NCBI GenBank assembly: GCA_034722435.1
Contig: JAYENX010000004.1
Coordinates: 1 to 20,683 of the forward strand
Length of the DNA stretch: 20,683 nucleotides
Direction: 5' to 3'
DNA from: Nanobdellota archaeon
GTDB lineage: Archaea; Nanobdellota; Nanobdellia; Woesearchaeales; JAHWHD01
Below are positions 1 to 9,317 of this stretch, piece after piece. Position 1 is the first letter of the stretch, and the number at the start of each line of letters is the position of its first letter. The notes under the pieces were generated by a model, which saw only the letters and a list, made by a program, of their open reading frames with translations, was not told where the DNA came from and did not search any database. Made by a program: the position numbers and the translations under genes.

Positions 1-1
1 A

Positions 2-3000
2 GATGAATATTTAATTATTGATAATCAAGGTTACAATTCTGAACGAGAGACTCCTTTACCTAACGATTTAACAATTTACAATTTATCAATTGAAAGGGGT
101 GCAGAACTAACTATCGACAATGAAACGACTTTAAATGTAACTTATCTAAACGGCTCAGGCACCCTTAACTTATTTGGAACGTTGGATGCTAACAATTTCA
201 TCAATTCGGATATGAGTGAATTAACAATTCAAAACTATAACGGTAATTTAACGTTTTTAACAGAAAGTAATTATTTTAACATAACTTCAGGTGCAAGACT
301 TGAACTTGGCGGAATAGAAATGTCTTACATCAATCCTAATCTGGAGTTAACTGTTAAATCAGGCGGAACTTTGTCGCATGTTGATAATGTAGACCAGTTT
401 GATTATTATTTAGCACATTTAAATTATGATGATAAACCTTCGTATAACTTAAATTTAACACTTCCAAAACTTACTATTGAATCTGGTGCTTCAATTGACG
501 TAACCGGTAAAGGTTGGTCAGGCGGAGATTTCAGAAATAATACCGGTATAGGTTTTGGTGCAGGAAGCGATCCTTCAGTAACTGGCGGCGGTTCTGGCGG
601 CGGTTATGGTGGTTTCGGTTCAGGCACATCTACTTCAAATCCTCCGGGTTCTTATTACGGTTCCATGGTTGCCCCATTTTATTTAGGTTCTGGCGGCGGC
701 GATTGTACTGCTGGTCACGGCGGCGGAGCAGTTTATTTAAATATTTCAACATTAATCTTGGACGGTTCGATAATCTCAAGCGGTTCAAAAGGTGGAGATG
801 TAGATTGTGACTATCTTAGTAGGGAAGGTTCCGGTGGCGGTTCTGGTGGTTCAATCTATATTATAACTAAAAACATCTCTGGATCAGGTAACCTTGTTGC
901 AGAAGGTGGTAATGGCGGAGACGATTACGCATCAGATAACGGTGGTTCCGGTGGCGGTGGTAGAATTGCACTTTACGCATTGGATGATATTTCAAGTTTA
1001 TCTACATCAACTGCAGGTGGAAGAGCACCTGACAATCCTGTTTATGAAGGGGATTCAGGAACTTTATTTATATGTAACAGTAATGGTAGTTTTTATTGTT
1101 ACGGCGATGGTTCGAATTATTCTTTTGTTAGAACAGGTTCAATTTTACAGAATACTATTTTTTCAATAACCCATACTAACGAAATTAACAGAACTTTCAA
1201 TTATGCTTGGAATCAAACATATTTGAAATGGTCAGATGAAGCAACTGATAGTTCGACTGTTGCTACTTATAATATAACTGGATTATTACCTTCAACTGAT
1301 TATTATATTATTGACAATTCATTAGCAGCACCGGATTCTCCAAAATCCACTGATGGAACTGGACAGCTAGAGTTATTTAATATCTCTCTAAGTTCACCTC
1401 ACGAGATTGAAGTACTTGAAGCTGATCCTAGTATAATACCTGCTGTGACATTGGAATATCCTGTTAATTTGATAGAAGAAAATACGCGAACTATTACTTA
1501 TAGATATAGTGTAACATCTTCTGCAGAAATTGCAAGTTGTAGTTTATATATTGGTGAAAGTCTTAACGAAACAGATAATACAATAACAATAGATATTAAT
1601 CAAACATTTACTGTGGCATTGGATAACGGAGAATTTAATTGGTCTGTTAACTGTATTGACATGTTTGACAGGCAGGGTAATTCAAGTATGGGCTATTTTA
1701 ACATTTCAGCATACTTAAACCTTACTGTAAACTTAGATCCAAACCCTGCAGAGAATGAACAAGAAGTAACAGTGAGCGGACACGTTAATACGACTGGCGG
1801 AGAGGACGCGGCTGACACTTTACTTGATATTTTTCTAAATGGTACATCAATACTTCCAGATTGGTCATATAAACAACCAATAAATATAACTGAAAATACA
1901 GGTAGTGATTTGGATGAATACCAAGTTAATGTGAGTATAGATACTGCTTCATTAATATCTGCGGGAAAAATGAGTTCAAATTGTTCAGATATTAAATTTG
2001 AAGATACAGAAGGAAATAATTTATTTTATTGGATTGAAGATGACTGGGACCAAATAGACTATGCAACCTCTGCACAAGGTGCAACCTGTTCAGGAGGAAC
2101 TAGTTGTACTAACGCAATCGACAACGCATATTCTATTAGTAATTATTGGGAAATTGCTTCCCCGCAAGACGAAACCCTGACAGAATTAGGAGTAGTAGAT
2201 TTAGGCGCAATAAAAGATATTGGTAGAATAAGTATTCATTTGTATGATGGAAATACAAGGTCATATTACAATTATGCTATCCAAGTAAGTGAAGATAATG
2301 TTAACTGGAATACTTGGTTTAATGGAACAGGTTCAGGAATTAATTATCAAAGTTTACAAACCATTACTCATGATGTAGAAAATGTAAGATATATCAAGGT
2401 ATTTATCTCTGGAAGTACATCAAATGCGATTGGTCACATAATAGAACTATATGCATACGAGAAAGCAAATTCATGCAATTCTGAAAATACTAAGATTTGG
2501 ATTAATACAAACTTAACAGCAAGTACAGAAGAAACTGTATATATGTATTACGGGAACGATGGTGTTGAAAGTGCAAGTAATGGCACAGAAGTATTTGATT
2601 TCTTTGATAATTTTAATGACGCTTCTATTGGACCCGAATGGACTCATGATGCAGGGTCTGCTGTTGAAGCTGGTGGCGTTATTGTTTTGAAAGGGGATGA
2701 ACTTTACGGAAATTTCAATGGAGTACCTGGTTACACGGTTGAAGCACTAGCAAAGAAAACAACAGATAATAATTATTGTGCGGTTGGTTTTAGTGGTTGG
2801 TGGAATAGTAATCCTAGCAATGTAGGGGTCTCAACAATCAGTGGATGGGGTACTGGTGATGTACTTACTAGGTACAGTGGCGACGGGGCAGGAAGTTTAA
2901 ATCTGAATATTCATAAATGGACGCATTACAAAATTGATTGGATAGATTCAACACATCAAACCTATTATGCAAACGAAAATTCGAGAGCAATAACTCATGC

Positions 3001-6000
3001 GTCATATCCAAGCGGATTACCTACGCCTGGTTTAGCCGCAACAGACGGAACTGATACTATCATGGAAGTAGATTGGGTATTTGTTAGAAAGTACGCATCT
3101 GCAGAACCAACAATAAATTTAGGAATTGAAGAAGTCCTTCTCGCAAATACTAATGCTACGGGAGATTACGTATATACTTTCGCAGCACCCGCAACAAATG
3201 GCGATTATGAGGTAAAAGTAAACTTAACTTATAACGGAATGGATGCAGAGATTAATGACACATTAACTGTCACTACGCCAATAACTGTAACAACATCCTT
3301 AATAGGGCCTACTAATAATAATTATTCTGTTTCTTTAACAGATGAAATAACTTTTGAATGTAATGCTTCAGTATCCGGTCCTGGAGAATTAATAAACATC
3401 ACCTTGTACCACAATATTGATGGAACATGGATTGCTAACGGAACTGAAGAAATAACAGGAACAGAGAACTCAACAACTTTTACAAAAAATATCACAGACA
3501 TTATCGGAGCAAACAAATTCAAGGATACAAGTATTACCTGGAACTGTTTAGCACAGGGTACCTCTGGAAACTCTGATTGGGGTGATTCAAATTATATTTT
3601 TAGTAGTTGGGACTTGGGAAGTTATGATAATATAACATTAAACTCAAATAACATATCACTAATACCAAATAATACAGGACAATACGAAAATCAAACAGGA
3701 ACATACATATCAAAAATCTACAACGCAGGATTTGAAGCAAGCTGGAACAATTTAACATGGGATGAAGCTCTACCCTATGGAGATGAAGGGGAAGCAAATA
3801 GATCAGAAGTAGTTGCATATTACAAATTTAATGAAAATGCATTAGATAGTTCTGGAAATGGTAATGATGCGACAATAACAGGGAATGTTGCAAATATTAG
3901 TGGTAAACTAAATGGTGCTTACTATTTTGATGGAAATGGGGATTATGTTAGTAATTCAAACATTTCGTTTATGTCGTCATACACATTATCTGCTTGGATG
4001 AAAGCAGATTCTGGAGTGGCAGATGGTTATAAATCTATAATTAGTAGAGGTGCAATTTTTGATTCAAATACTAATTTTGCATTCGGATTAAGATATGCAA
4101 ATCCTAATCATCAATTATTCCTATATTATGATGGAGGAACATTAAGGGGTCTAGCACCAACCATTGAAGACCCAACAGCGGAATGGCATCACGTTGCTGC
4201 AAGATTCGATGAAACAAATAATGAAATGGCGGTATATTTAGATGGTATACAAGTATCTAGTTACGTGCAACCAGATGGCCCAGGTGATGGAGGTCAAAGT
4301 TTAAAGATAGGTAGTCCAGATACAGTAGATAGTACTGATGATCCATTCTCAGGTTCTTTAGATGAAGTTCTTATTTACAATCGAATTTTATCAGATAGTG
4401 AAGTTTTAGACTTATACAAAAGAGGAATTAATAAACTAAATATCTCAACAAGAACCTGCAACGATGCATCTTGCGACACAGAAACTTACGACGTAGACTG
4501 CACTGACTCAACATTTTGTGACTTGAGCAGTCTAACAGATAACCAATACTTTCAATACAAAGTAAACTTCGAAACCGAAGATACTAATTACACTCCTGAA
4601 TTATTAACCGAATCTGTAGAGATAGAATATGGTCCTGTGATAGAAAACCCTCCTGAAATACTAACTATATATCCTAACTCAACTGGTGGAGAAAGTTCTG
4701 AATCCATAACAATTGTAAATGTATACATTTCTGAACCAGAAAATCAATCTTTCAATATAACTTATAATAATGAATCTGCTGTATTGATAAGATGGTTTGT
4801 TGATGATATTGAACAAATAGCTTATCAGAATTTAACACAATATGATTGGACGGGTAATTATACTCAAAATGGTACTTACGATATTTTTGTAAATGTATCT
4901 AACGACGCAGGTTCAAGTCATCAATATTGGAACTTGGATATAAACAATACTGCAGAACTACCTTCTACTACAGAATACTATAATACTAGCGAAACAACCG
5001 ATTTCAGTAGTGTACCTGATGTTGCAAGTGTAGTTGATATGGTTCTCGGTAATACTTATGCAAATATCACTTGGAGTAGCTTAGTGAACGCAGAAGGACT
5101 TGACTTTGATAATTATATGGAATTCGGTGACAGATATGTGTATGTGAACTCTGCTAGTCTTGATACAAGCATTAACTCAACAGCACTAGTAACTTTGAAA
5201 GGTGTCGATTGTGATGTTGATAAAACGGTGTATTACTCACCTACTGCTAATACTTGGACCACTATATTAAACGAGAACACTGAATGCCCTGACACTATCT
5301 GCACACAAATTACTTGTGAAGGAACTACTATCAGTTTCTATGTCCAGCATTTCTCAGGCTTCGCATCTGGTGCAAATGCAAACCTTACAATTGACCATGA
5401 TGGACCTAAAAATACTGATGTTAACATTACTTTTGATGCTTTCTATGTTAACAAAACCTCTGGCGATTTAGTTACGGGCGCAGAATGTAATATTACATTT
5501 GAAGACGATCCTGGAACAACATATCCTATGATTGAACTGGCTGATAAGTATCGATATAATAAAAGTTTCAGTTCCCAAGGAACTTACAATTATAACGTAA
5601 CCTGTGACCAAGCAGAGTTCAGCTTACTTAACGCAAGCGACAGTGTTGAGGTTACTGTAATCACTGCCGAGCTTGCAATTTCAGATACTGGTCCTGAATT
5701 TGTTAATGCTAATGTAACATTCGATGCAAATTATACTAATAAATCTTCTGACCTTCTTATTACTGGTGCAGTATGCAATATTTCATTTAGCGATAACCCT
5801 GGAACAACATATTCAATGATAGAACTCAGCGACATTTATCAATACAATAAAAGTTTTTCAACGCATAACTCATATGACTATACCATCATTTGTGATTCTG
5901 TTGACTCAACATATCTTACAGATACATCTTTTTTATTGATCATAAGTTCAGACCCTGATGCGGTTCCAGAATTCTCGACAATTACAATGTTGATAGCTTT

Positions 6001-6052
6001 AACAGTTGTAATTGGCGGTTTTGTTATGATTAGAAAAAGAGAACTCTACTAA
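2..6052 (+). CDS. Giant multidomain cell-surface glycoprotein, 5'-truncated (>2000 aa): Gly-rich region, DUF2341 with inserted F5/8-type C (discoidin-like) domain, LamG-like domain, two tandem 96-aa repeats, C-terminal PEF-CTERM sorting signal
   Basis: Frame is open from nt 2 (DEYLIIDNQG...), so the TTG at 182 is not the real start. GGGSGGGYGG/GSGGGSGGSI/GGSGGGGRI repeats (~500-1050); WSYKQPINI...YWIE and TKIWINT...YMYYGN...FFDNF (DUF2341-like); VAYYKFNE...GAYYFDG...WHHV...LDEVLIYNR (LamG); very many N-x-S/T sequons; ends VPEF + hydrophobic helix + RKR. Confidence 0.9.
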   Translation, partial: DEYLIIDNQGYNSERETPLPNDLTIYNLSIERGAELTIDNETTLNVTYLNGSGTLNLFGTLDANNFINSDMSELTIQNYNGNLTFLTESNYFNITSGARLELGGIEMSYINPNLELTVKSGGTLSHVDNVDQFDYYLAHLNYDDKPSYNLNLTLPKLTIESGASIDVTGKGWSGGDFRNNTGIGFGAGSDPSVTGGGSGGGYGGFGSGTSTSNPPGSYYGSMVAPFYLGSGGGDCTAGHGGGAVYLNISTLILDGSIISSGSKGGDVDCDYLSREGSGGGSGGSIYIITKNISGSGNLVAEGGNGGDDYASDNGGSGGGGRIALYALDDISSLSTSTAGGRAPDNPVYEGDSGTLFICNSNGSFYCYGDGSNYSFVRTGSILQNTIFSITHTNEINRTFNYAWNQTYLKWSDEATDSSTVATYNITGLLPSTDYYIIDNSLAAPDSPKSTDGTGQLELFNISLSSPHEIEVLEADPSIIPAVTLEYPVNLIEENTRTITYRYSVTSSAEIASCSLYIGESLNETDNTITIDINQTFTVALDNGEFNWSVNCIDMFDRQGNSSMGYFNISAYLNLTVNLDPNPAENEQEVTVSGHVNTTGGEDAADTLLDIFLNGTSILPDWSYKQPINITENTGSDLDEYQVNVSIDTASLISAGKMSSNCSDIKFEDTEGNNLFYWIEDDWDQIDYATSAQGATCSGGTSCTNAIDNAYSISNYWEIASPQDETLTELGVVDLGAIKDIGRISIHLYDGNTRSYYNYAIQVSEDNVNWNTWFNGTGSGINYQSLQTITHDVENVRYIKVFISGSTSNAIGHIIELYAYEKANSCNSENTKIWINTNLTASTEETVYMYYGNDGVESASNGTEVFDFFDNFNDASIGPEWTHDAGSAVEAGGVIVLKGDELYGNFNGVPGYTVEALAKKTTDNNYCAVGFSGWWNSNPSNVGVSTISGWGTGDVLTRYSGDGAGSLNLNIHKWTHYKIDWIDSTHQTYYANENSRAITHASYPSGLPTPGLAATDGTDTIMEVDWVFVRKYASAEPTINLGIEEVLLANTNATGDYVYTFAAPATNGDYEVKVNLTYNGMDAEINDTLTVTTPITVTTSLIGPTNNNYSVSLTDEITFECNASVSGPGELINITLYHNIDGTWIANGTEEITGTENSTTFTKNITDIIGANKFKDTSITWNCLAQGTSGNSDWGDSNYIFSSWDLGSYDNITLNSNNISLIPNNTGQYENQTGTYISKIYNAGFEASWNNLTWDEALPYGDEGEANRSEVVAYYKFNENALDSSGNGNDATITGNVANISGKLNGAYYFDGNGDYVSNSNISFMSSYTLSAWMKADSGVADGYKSIISRGAIFDSNTNFAFGLRYANPNHQLFLYYDGGTLRGLAPTIEDPTAEWHHVAARFDETNNEMAVYLDGIQVSSYVQPDGPGDGGQSLKIGSPDTVDSTDDPFSGSLDEVLIYNRILSDSEVLDLYKRGINKLNISTRTCNDASCDTETYDVDCTDSTFCDLSSLTDNQYFQYKVNFETEDTNYTPELLTESVEIEYGPVIENPPEILTIYPNSTGGESSESITIVNVYISEPENQSFNITYNNESAVLIRWFVDDIEQIAYQNLTQYDWTGNYTQNGTYDIFVNVSNDAGSSHQYWNLDINNTAELPSTTEYYNTSETTDFSSVPDVASVVDMVLGNTYANITWSSLVNAEGLDFDNYMEFGDRYVYVNSASLDTSINSTALVTLKGVDCDVDKTVYYSPTANTWTTILNENTECPDTICTQITCEGTTISFYVQHFSGFASGANANLTIDHDGPKNTDVNITFDAFYVNKTSGDLVTGAECNITFEDDPGTTYPMIELADKYRYNKSFSSQGTYNYNVTCDQAEFSLLNASDSVEVTVITAELAISDTGPEFVNANVTFDANYTNKSSDLLITGAVCNISFSDNPGTTYSMIELSDIYQYNKSFSTHNSYDYTIICDSVDSTYLTDTSFLLIISSDPDAVPEFSTITMLIALTVVIGGFVMIRKRELY
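5378..5953 (+). repeat. Intragenic tandem duplication, 2 x 288 nt (96 aa), each with two Cys
   Basis: ANLTIDHDGP...TGAECNITFEDDPGTTYPMIEL...YNKSFS...CD vs AELAISDTGP...TGAVCNISFSDNPGTTYSMIEL...YNKSFS...CD; by hand 44 of the first 77 aligned residues are identical. Confidence 0.9.
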
Positions 6053-6058
6053 ATTGTT

Positions 6059-7624
6059 TTAAACAATTTCTCCGGTTACACTTCTTAGCATATGTCCAGT
6101 TATTTTCACATCTACAAATTCATCCAGTTCATGTCTTCCTTTAATCCCTACAATTAATGGATACGTACCTATCTGTCTTCCAAAGGTTATTTTTCCGTCA
6201 TATATTTCAGTTCTAACTTTCTTTAAAATCGTACCAACTGGTAAAAGTTTCTGAAGCATGGGATAATCTATCTTTTGTCTGATTTCATCTCTCCAACTCC
6301 AATAGTTTTTTTTATTTTTTTTAATATATTTATTACCGCACTCATCATAAAGTCTAGTTCCTGGGAATGCAACTACTTGTCGTATATTTATTCTTCTCAA
6401 AAGCAAATTTTCATCAAGCATTTTTTTAAGCCAAAACATGTTTTCTTTATGCGTATTTTTATTCTCTTTCATTAACCCAAAAAGAATATTTATTCCTGGC
6501 AAAAACTTAGGCATACCATTTTTTCCTTTTACAGCTCCGAACCTGTTAAGCATTTTCACAGCTTCATACGTAGTTTTTGGGTCTGAATTTAAGTTGTTAG
6601 CTTTAACCACTTGTTCATCAAAACTTTCCACGCCAAACGCAGCAATGTTCCCTGATGTACAATGTTTAACAACCGCCTCAACTTTTTCAGGTGTTACTGT
6701 TGCAGGATTTATATTATCAATATGTAAAACCTCTGCATATTTTTTAACATGCCGTAACAAAAAACTAATCTCTTTAGCAGTTCCATACGAAAAAAAGCAA
6801 CTTTGCTTGCCTAACCTAAAATTATTTACCCCAAAATTATGTAGTTCTTCAACCTCTTTTACAATGTCAGGCGTATCTCTTATTTCTGTGCCACAAAACT
6901 TTAAAGGTTCTGTACAAAAGCTACAACCCTTTTTCCTGTCACAACCTTTACTTGTTTCAATCTCTGCAATAACAAACTTAGGATAATCTGGATGCTCGCG
7001 AACAATTCTTGCACCAAATACTGCAATATTTTTAATGTCCTCATACTGACATTTAACATCTACATCTTCAGTAAAATTGTTACTTAGAATTTTCTTAAAC
7101 TTATACTCCAAATCTTTAACTACTAGATTAAACTCTTTTAAGTCTCTATCAACCGTCTTTGACACTTTCCCACCATAAAGTCCTGATCCGTAAGCAGCAG
7201 GTCCTGTTAATAATCTGAAACCTTTATACTTAATATTTTCCAATAAGTCAACGATTTCTTTAGTGGTTCCAGGAATTGCTGCTAAATATTTACCAGGCGT
7301 ATGAACTCCTGCAATGACTATTAATACATCAGTTTTTTCAAGTATATCTTTTATTTTCAGAATGTTCTTTGAAAGGTTCTTTATTTTAATATTTGTTTTA
7401 ATTTTTCCCCTTTCCTTTTTAATAATCTTGTCCACCTTTTCATCAGAGTTAAAATCTTTTTTGTATTTAGAATAAAATCGTATATCATCAATTGTAATAT
7501 ATGAAACATCATTTTTCGATTGAATTACTGCTCCGGCGATATACCTTGGATACGTTCCTATGTACGGCGGAACCCCTAACCCTGCAGGTTCGTCAGTATA
7601 ACAATCAAGTATTGTGAATCGCAT
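6059..7624 (-). CDS. Radical SAM protein, COG1031/TM1601-like, with TRAM-like C-terminus
   Basis: N-terminal LDCYTDEPAGLGVPPYIG motif; EIETSKGC-DRKKG-CSFC cluster motif; GVESFDE; RRINIRQV; C-terminal FGRQIGTYPLIVGI...VKITGHMLRSVTG. Confidence 0.8.
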   Translation of the reverse strand: MRFTILDCYTDEPAGLGVPPYIGTYPRYIAGAVIQSKNDVSYITIDDIRFYSKYKKDFNSDEKVDKIIKKERGKIKTNIKIKNLSKNILKIKDILEKTDVLIVIAGVHTPGKYLAAIPGTTKEIVDLLENIKYKGFRLLTGPAAYGSGLYGGKVSKTVDRDLKEFNLVVKDLEYKFKKILSNNFTEDVDVKCQYEDIKNIAVFGARIVREHPDYPKFVIAEIETSKGCDRKKGCSFCTEPLKFCGTEIRDTPDIVKEVEELHNFGVNNFRLGKQSCFFSYGTAKEISFLLRHVKKYAEVLHIDNINPATVTPEKVEAVVKHCTSGNIAAFGVESFDEQVVKANNLNSDPKTTYEAVKMLNRFGAVKGKNGMPKFLPGINILFGLMKENKNTHKENMFWLKKMLDENLLLRRINIRQVVAFPGTRLYDECGNKYIKKNKKNYWSWRDEIRQKIDYPMLQKLLPVGTILKKVRTEIYDGKITFGRQIGTYPLIVGIKGRHELDEFVDVKITGHMLRSVTGEIV

Positions 7625-8369
7625 TTTTTCTTATCTCCAATGATTCTATATATGCATTTCTCCAAACTGTGGCAACAGTTGATACCATTATAGGTACAAG
7701 TCTTCGTGTTATCAACATTTTTACGTTCTTATTAAATCCCAGTCTCTTGTACACATCATATATTTTAAGCTTGTAAACCTCTCTTGACTTTTTTTCAATA
7801 TATTCTTTTACTTTATCAGTACGAAATTTTTGTCTACAAGTTTTAATAAACTTCTTATTCATTTTCGCTCTGTTAAGTTTTTTAAACATATACATTAAAG
7901 CAATTCTTATCTCAAACAATGCATGATTTTTCCAGAAATTCAAGACAGGACTTTTATTCTCGTCCCAGTGCGGATCGAACCAATCCTTGATAGGTTCTTT
8001 GATTTTATACCTTCCTTCTTGGTGACTGGGCGTTAATGCATCAACTATAAAATGGCTCAACCAAGCAGCATACTTACCAGCTTTTCTCATCTTTGGCCGT
8101 TTTTTAGAAAGTTCCATTACTAGTTTATCATAGAACCTTTGTACGGCCGTACACGCTCCACCTTTTTTTGTTCTCGGATTGTATACGTGCCACGAACTTT
8201 TCTGAAGCCCTCTTAACCATAACATGTCAGGACCTAAAGCTCCAGAACTAACCTCTATCCAGTTATAGTTTGGAAACCTTTTTTTGTTAAATAATTTACC
8301 GAACGCACTTATATAACTAGCAAAATCTATCTTTTGATGTGTACCTAAAAATTCAATGTAACTGATCAT
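7605..8369 (-). CDS. Putative Zn-dependent phospholipase C / S1-P1 nuclease-fold protein
   Basis: N-terminal GTHQKID, GPD, WH, AAWLSHFIVDALTPSH (H-x3-D...H) and HALFE match the tri-zinc ligand pattern of the PLC/P1 fold; no signal peptide; very basic. Confidence 0.6.
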   Translation of the reverse strand: MISYIEFLGTHQKIDFASYISAFGKLFNKKRFPNYNWIEVSSGALGPDMLWLRGLQKSSWHVYNPRTKKGGACTAVQRFYDKLVMELSKKRPKMRKAGKYAAWLSHFIVDALTPSHQEGRYKIKEPIKDWFDPHWDENKSPVLNFWKNHALFEIRIALMYMFKKLNRAKMNKKFIKTCRQKFRTDKVKEYIEKKSREVYKLKIYDVYKRLGFNKNVKMLITRRLVPIMVSTVATVWRNAYIESLEIRKNAIHNT

Positions 8370-8824
8370 AGTATTAATAATATTAATGATAAAATAAAAA
8401 ACCAGATATACCTTGTAAAAATTGTCTTTGTGATAAGCAATATTTTATTCTTTTTATGTATCACTTTTTCAATTACTAAAGTTCCTTGCAATAACCCGTA
8501 TACAAATATTAAAGTGGGGATTATGATATTCAATTCATTATTAAAAAATAAAATGACTGCAAGCATGAGATATACTATTATATCATGATACTTCTTTTTC
8601 TTAAACACAAAAAATAATGCTGCGAGCACTATAACTGGAATAATTAAATTATTAAAAAAATATAAAAGTAATCCTAACATTGTAAAGAATATAACGCTTT
8701 TCAATATCTTGAAATATTGTTTTCCCGTCTTAAGTTCTTCATTTGATATATATCCTAATAAACTTCCTAAGAATATTGCTCCGAACAAAAGTAAAGCTGT
8801 CAAACTATATGTTAGTATCGTCAT
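8366..8824 (-). CDS. Hypothetical integral membrane protein (~5-6 TM)
   Basis: 152 aa, several hydrophobic stretches separated by Lys clusters; ATGA overlap with the downstream gene. Confidence 0.8.
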   Translation of the reverse strand: MTILTYSLTALLLFGAIFLGSLLGYISNEELKTGKQYFKILKSVIFFTMLGLLLYFFNNLIIPVIVLAALFFVFKKKKYHDIIVYLMLAVILFFNNELNIIIPTLIFVYGLLQGTLVIEKVIHKKNKILLITKTIFTRYIWFFILSLILLIL

Positions 8825-8847
8825 ATCAAGAAATTATGTATAGTTGG

Positions 8848-8855
8848 TTTATAAA
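8848..8855 (-). promoter_or_regulatory. TATA box for leaderless transcript of 8824 (probable operon 8824 to 6059)
   Basis: TTTATAAA preceded by A-rich CAAAAACC; first T is 31 nt from the ATG. Confidence 0.6.
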
Positions 8856-8888
8856 GGTTTTTGATTGTAAATAAGAGAGCTTAATTAA

Positions 8889-9317
8889 TTATATTTTCTT
8901 AATTCTTTCAATTCTGTGTACGGGTTCAATTTTGGCGGGATATCTATTAACTCTGTTACTAATATCCGCAAATTCATCCTTATGTATATTTTTTGATAAA
9001 AAGTCATCTCCTCTAGGCCCATTAAGTCTAGTTATGGCATCTACAAATATTTCTAAACCAGAAACGAATGCTGAATATCTTGCAACTGTTTCAGGAGATG
9101 AATATAAACATCCTGCTGCTGTTGCCAATCCTGCAAAGATTCCTAATGCGTAACCACTTTTATCTTTCATATTTTTAAGATCAAATTTTTCATATAATCC
9201 AAAACCAATAAGTTTATTATCATCACCGGTTAGATATTGCATTACACCACCATAAATATATGAAGGTATTTCAAGAACTGTTATTGTGGGCTCTACTAAG
9301 CCTCTTAAAAAACTCAT
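8889..9317 (-). CDS. Hypothetical protein, possibly with one hydrophobic segment
   Basis: 142-aa ORF; its ATG overlaps the TGA of the Dph2-like ORF (ATGA); GYALGIFAGLATAAGCLY segment. Confidence 0.7.
   Translation of the reverse strand: MSFLRGLVEPTITVLEIPSYIYGGVMQYLTGDDNKLIGFGLYEKFDLKNMKDKSGYALGIFAGLATAAGCLYSSPETVARYSAFVSGLEIFVDAITRLNGPRGDDFLSKNIHKDEFADISNRVNRYPAKIEPVHRIERIKKI

Noticed and set aside
182-184. ORF-track start of the giant protein
   Set aside because: TTG inside a frame already open from nt 2; the gene begins upstream of the window.
5378-5953. Repeat pair as a DGR template/variable region
   Set aside because: Mismatches involve all four bases and many synonymous sites rather than being adenine-specific, and there is no reverse transcriptase in the window. 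Ordinary old duplication.
9305-9316. Selenocysteine or readthrough at the dph2 TGA
   Set aside because: An in-frame TAA follows two codons later, and no Dph2-like sequence continues in the downstream ORF.
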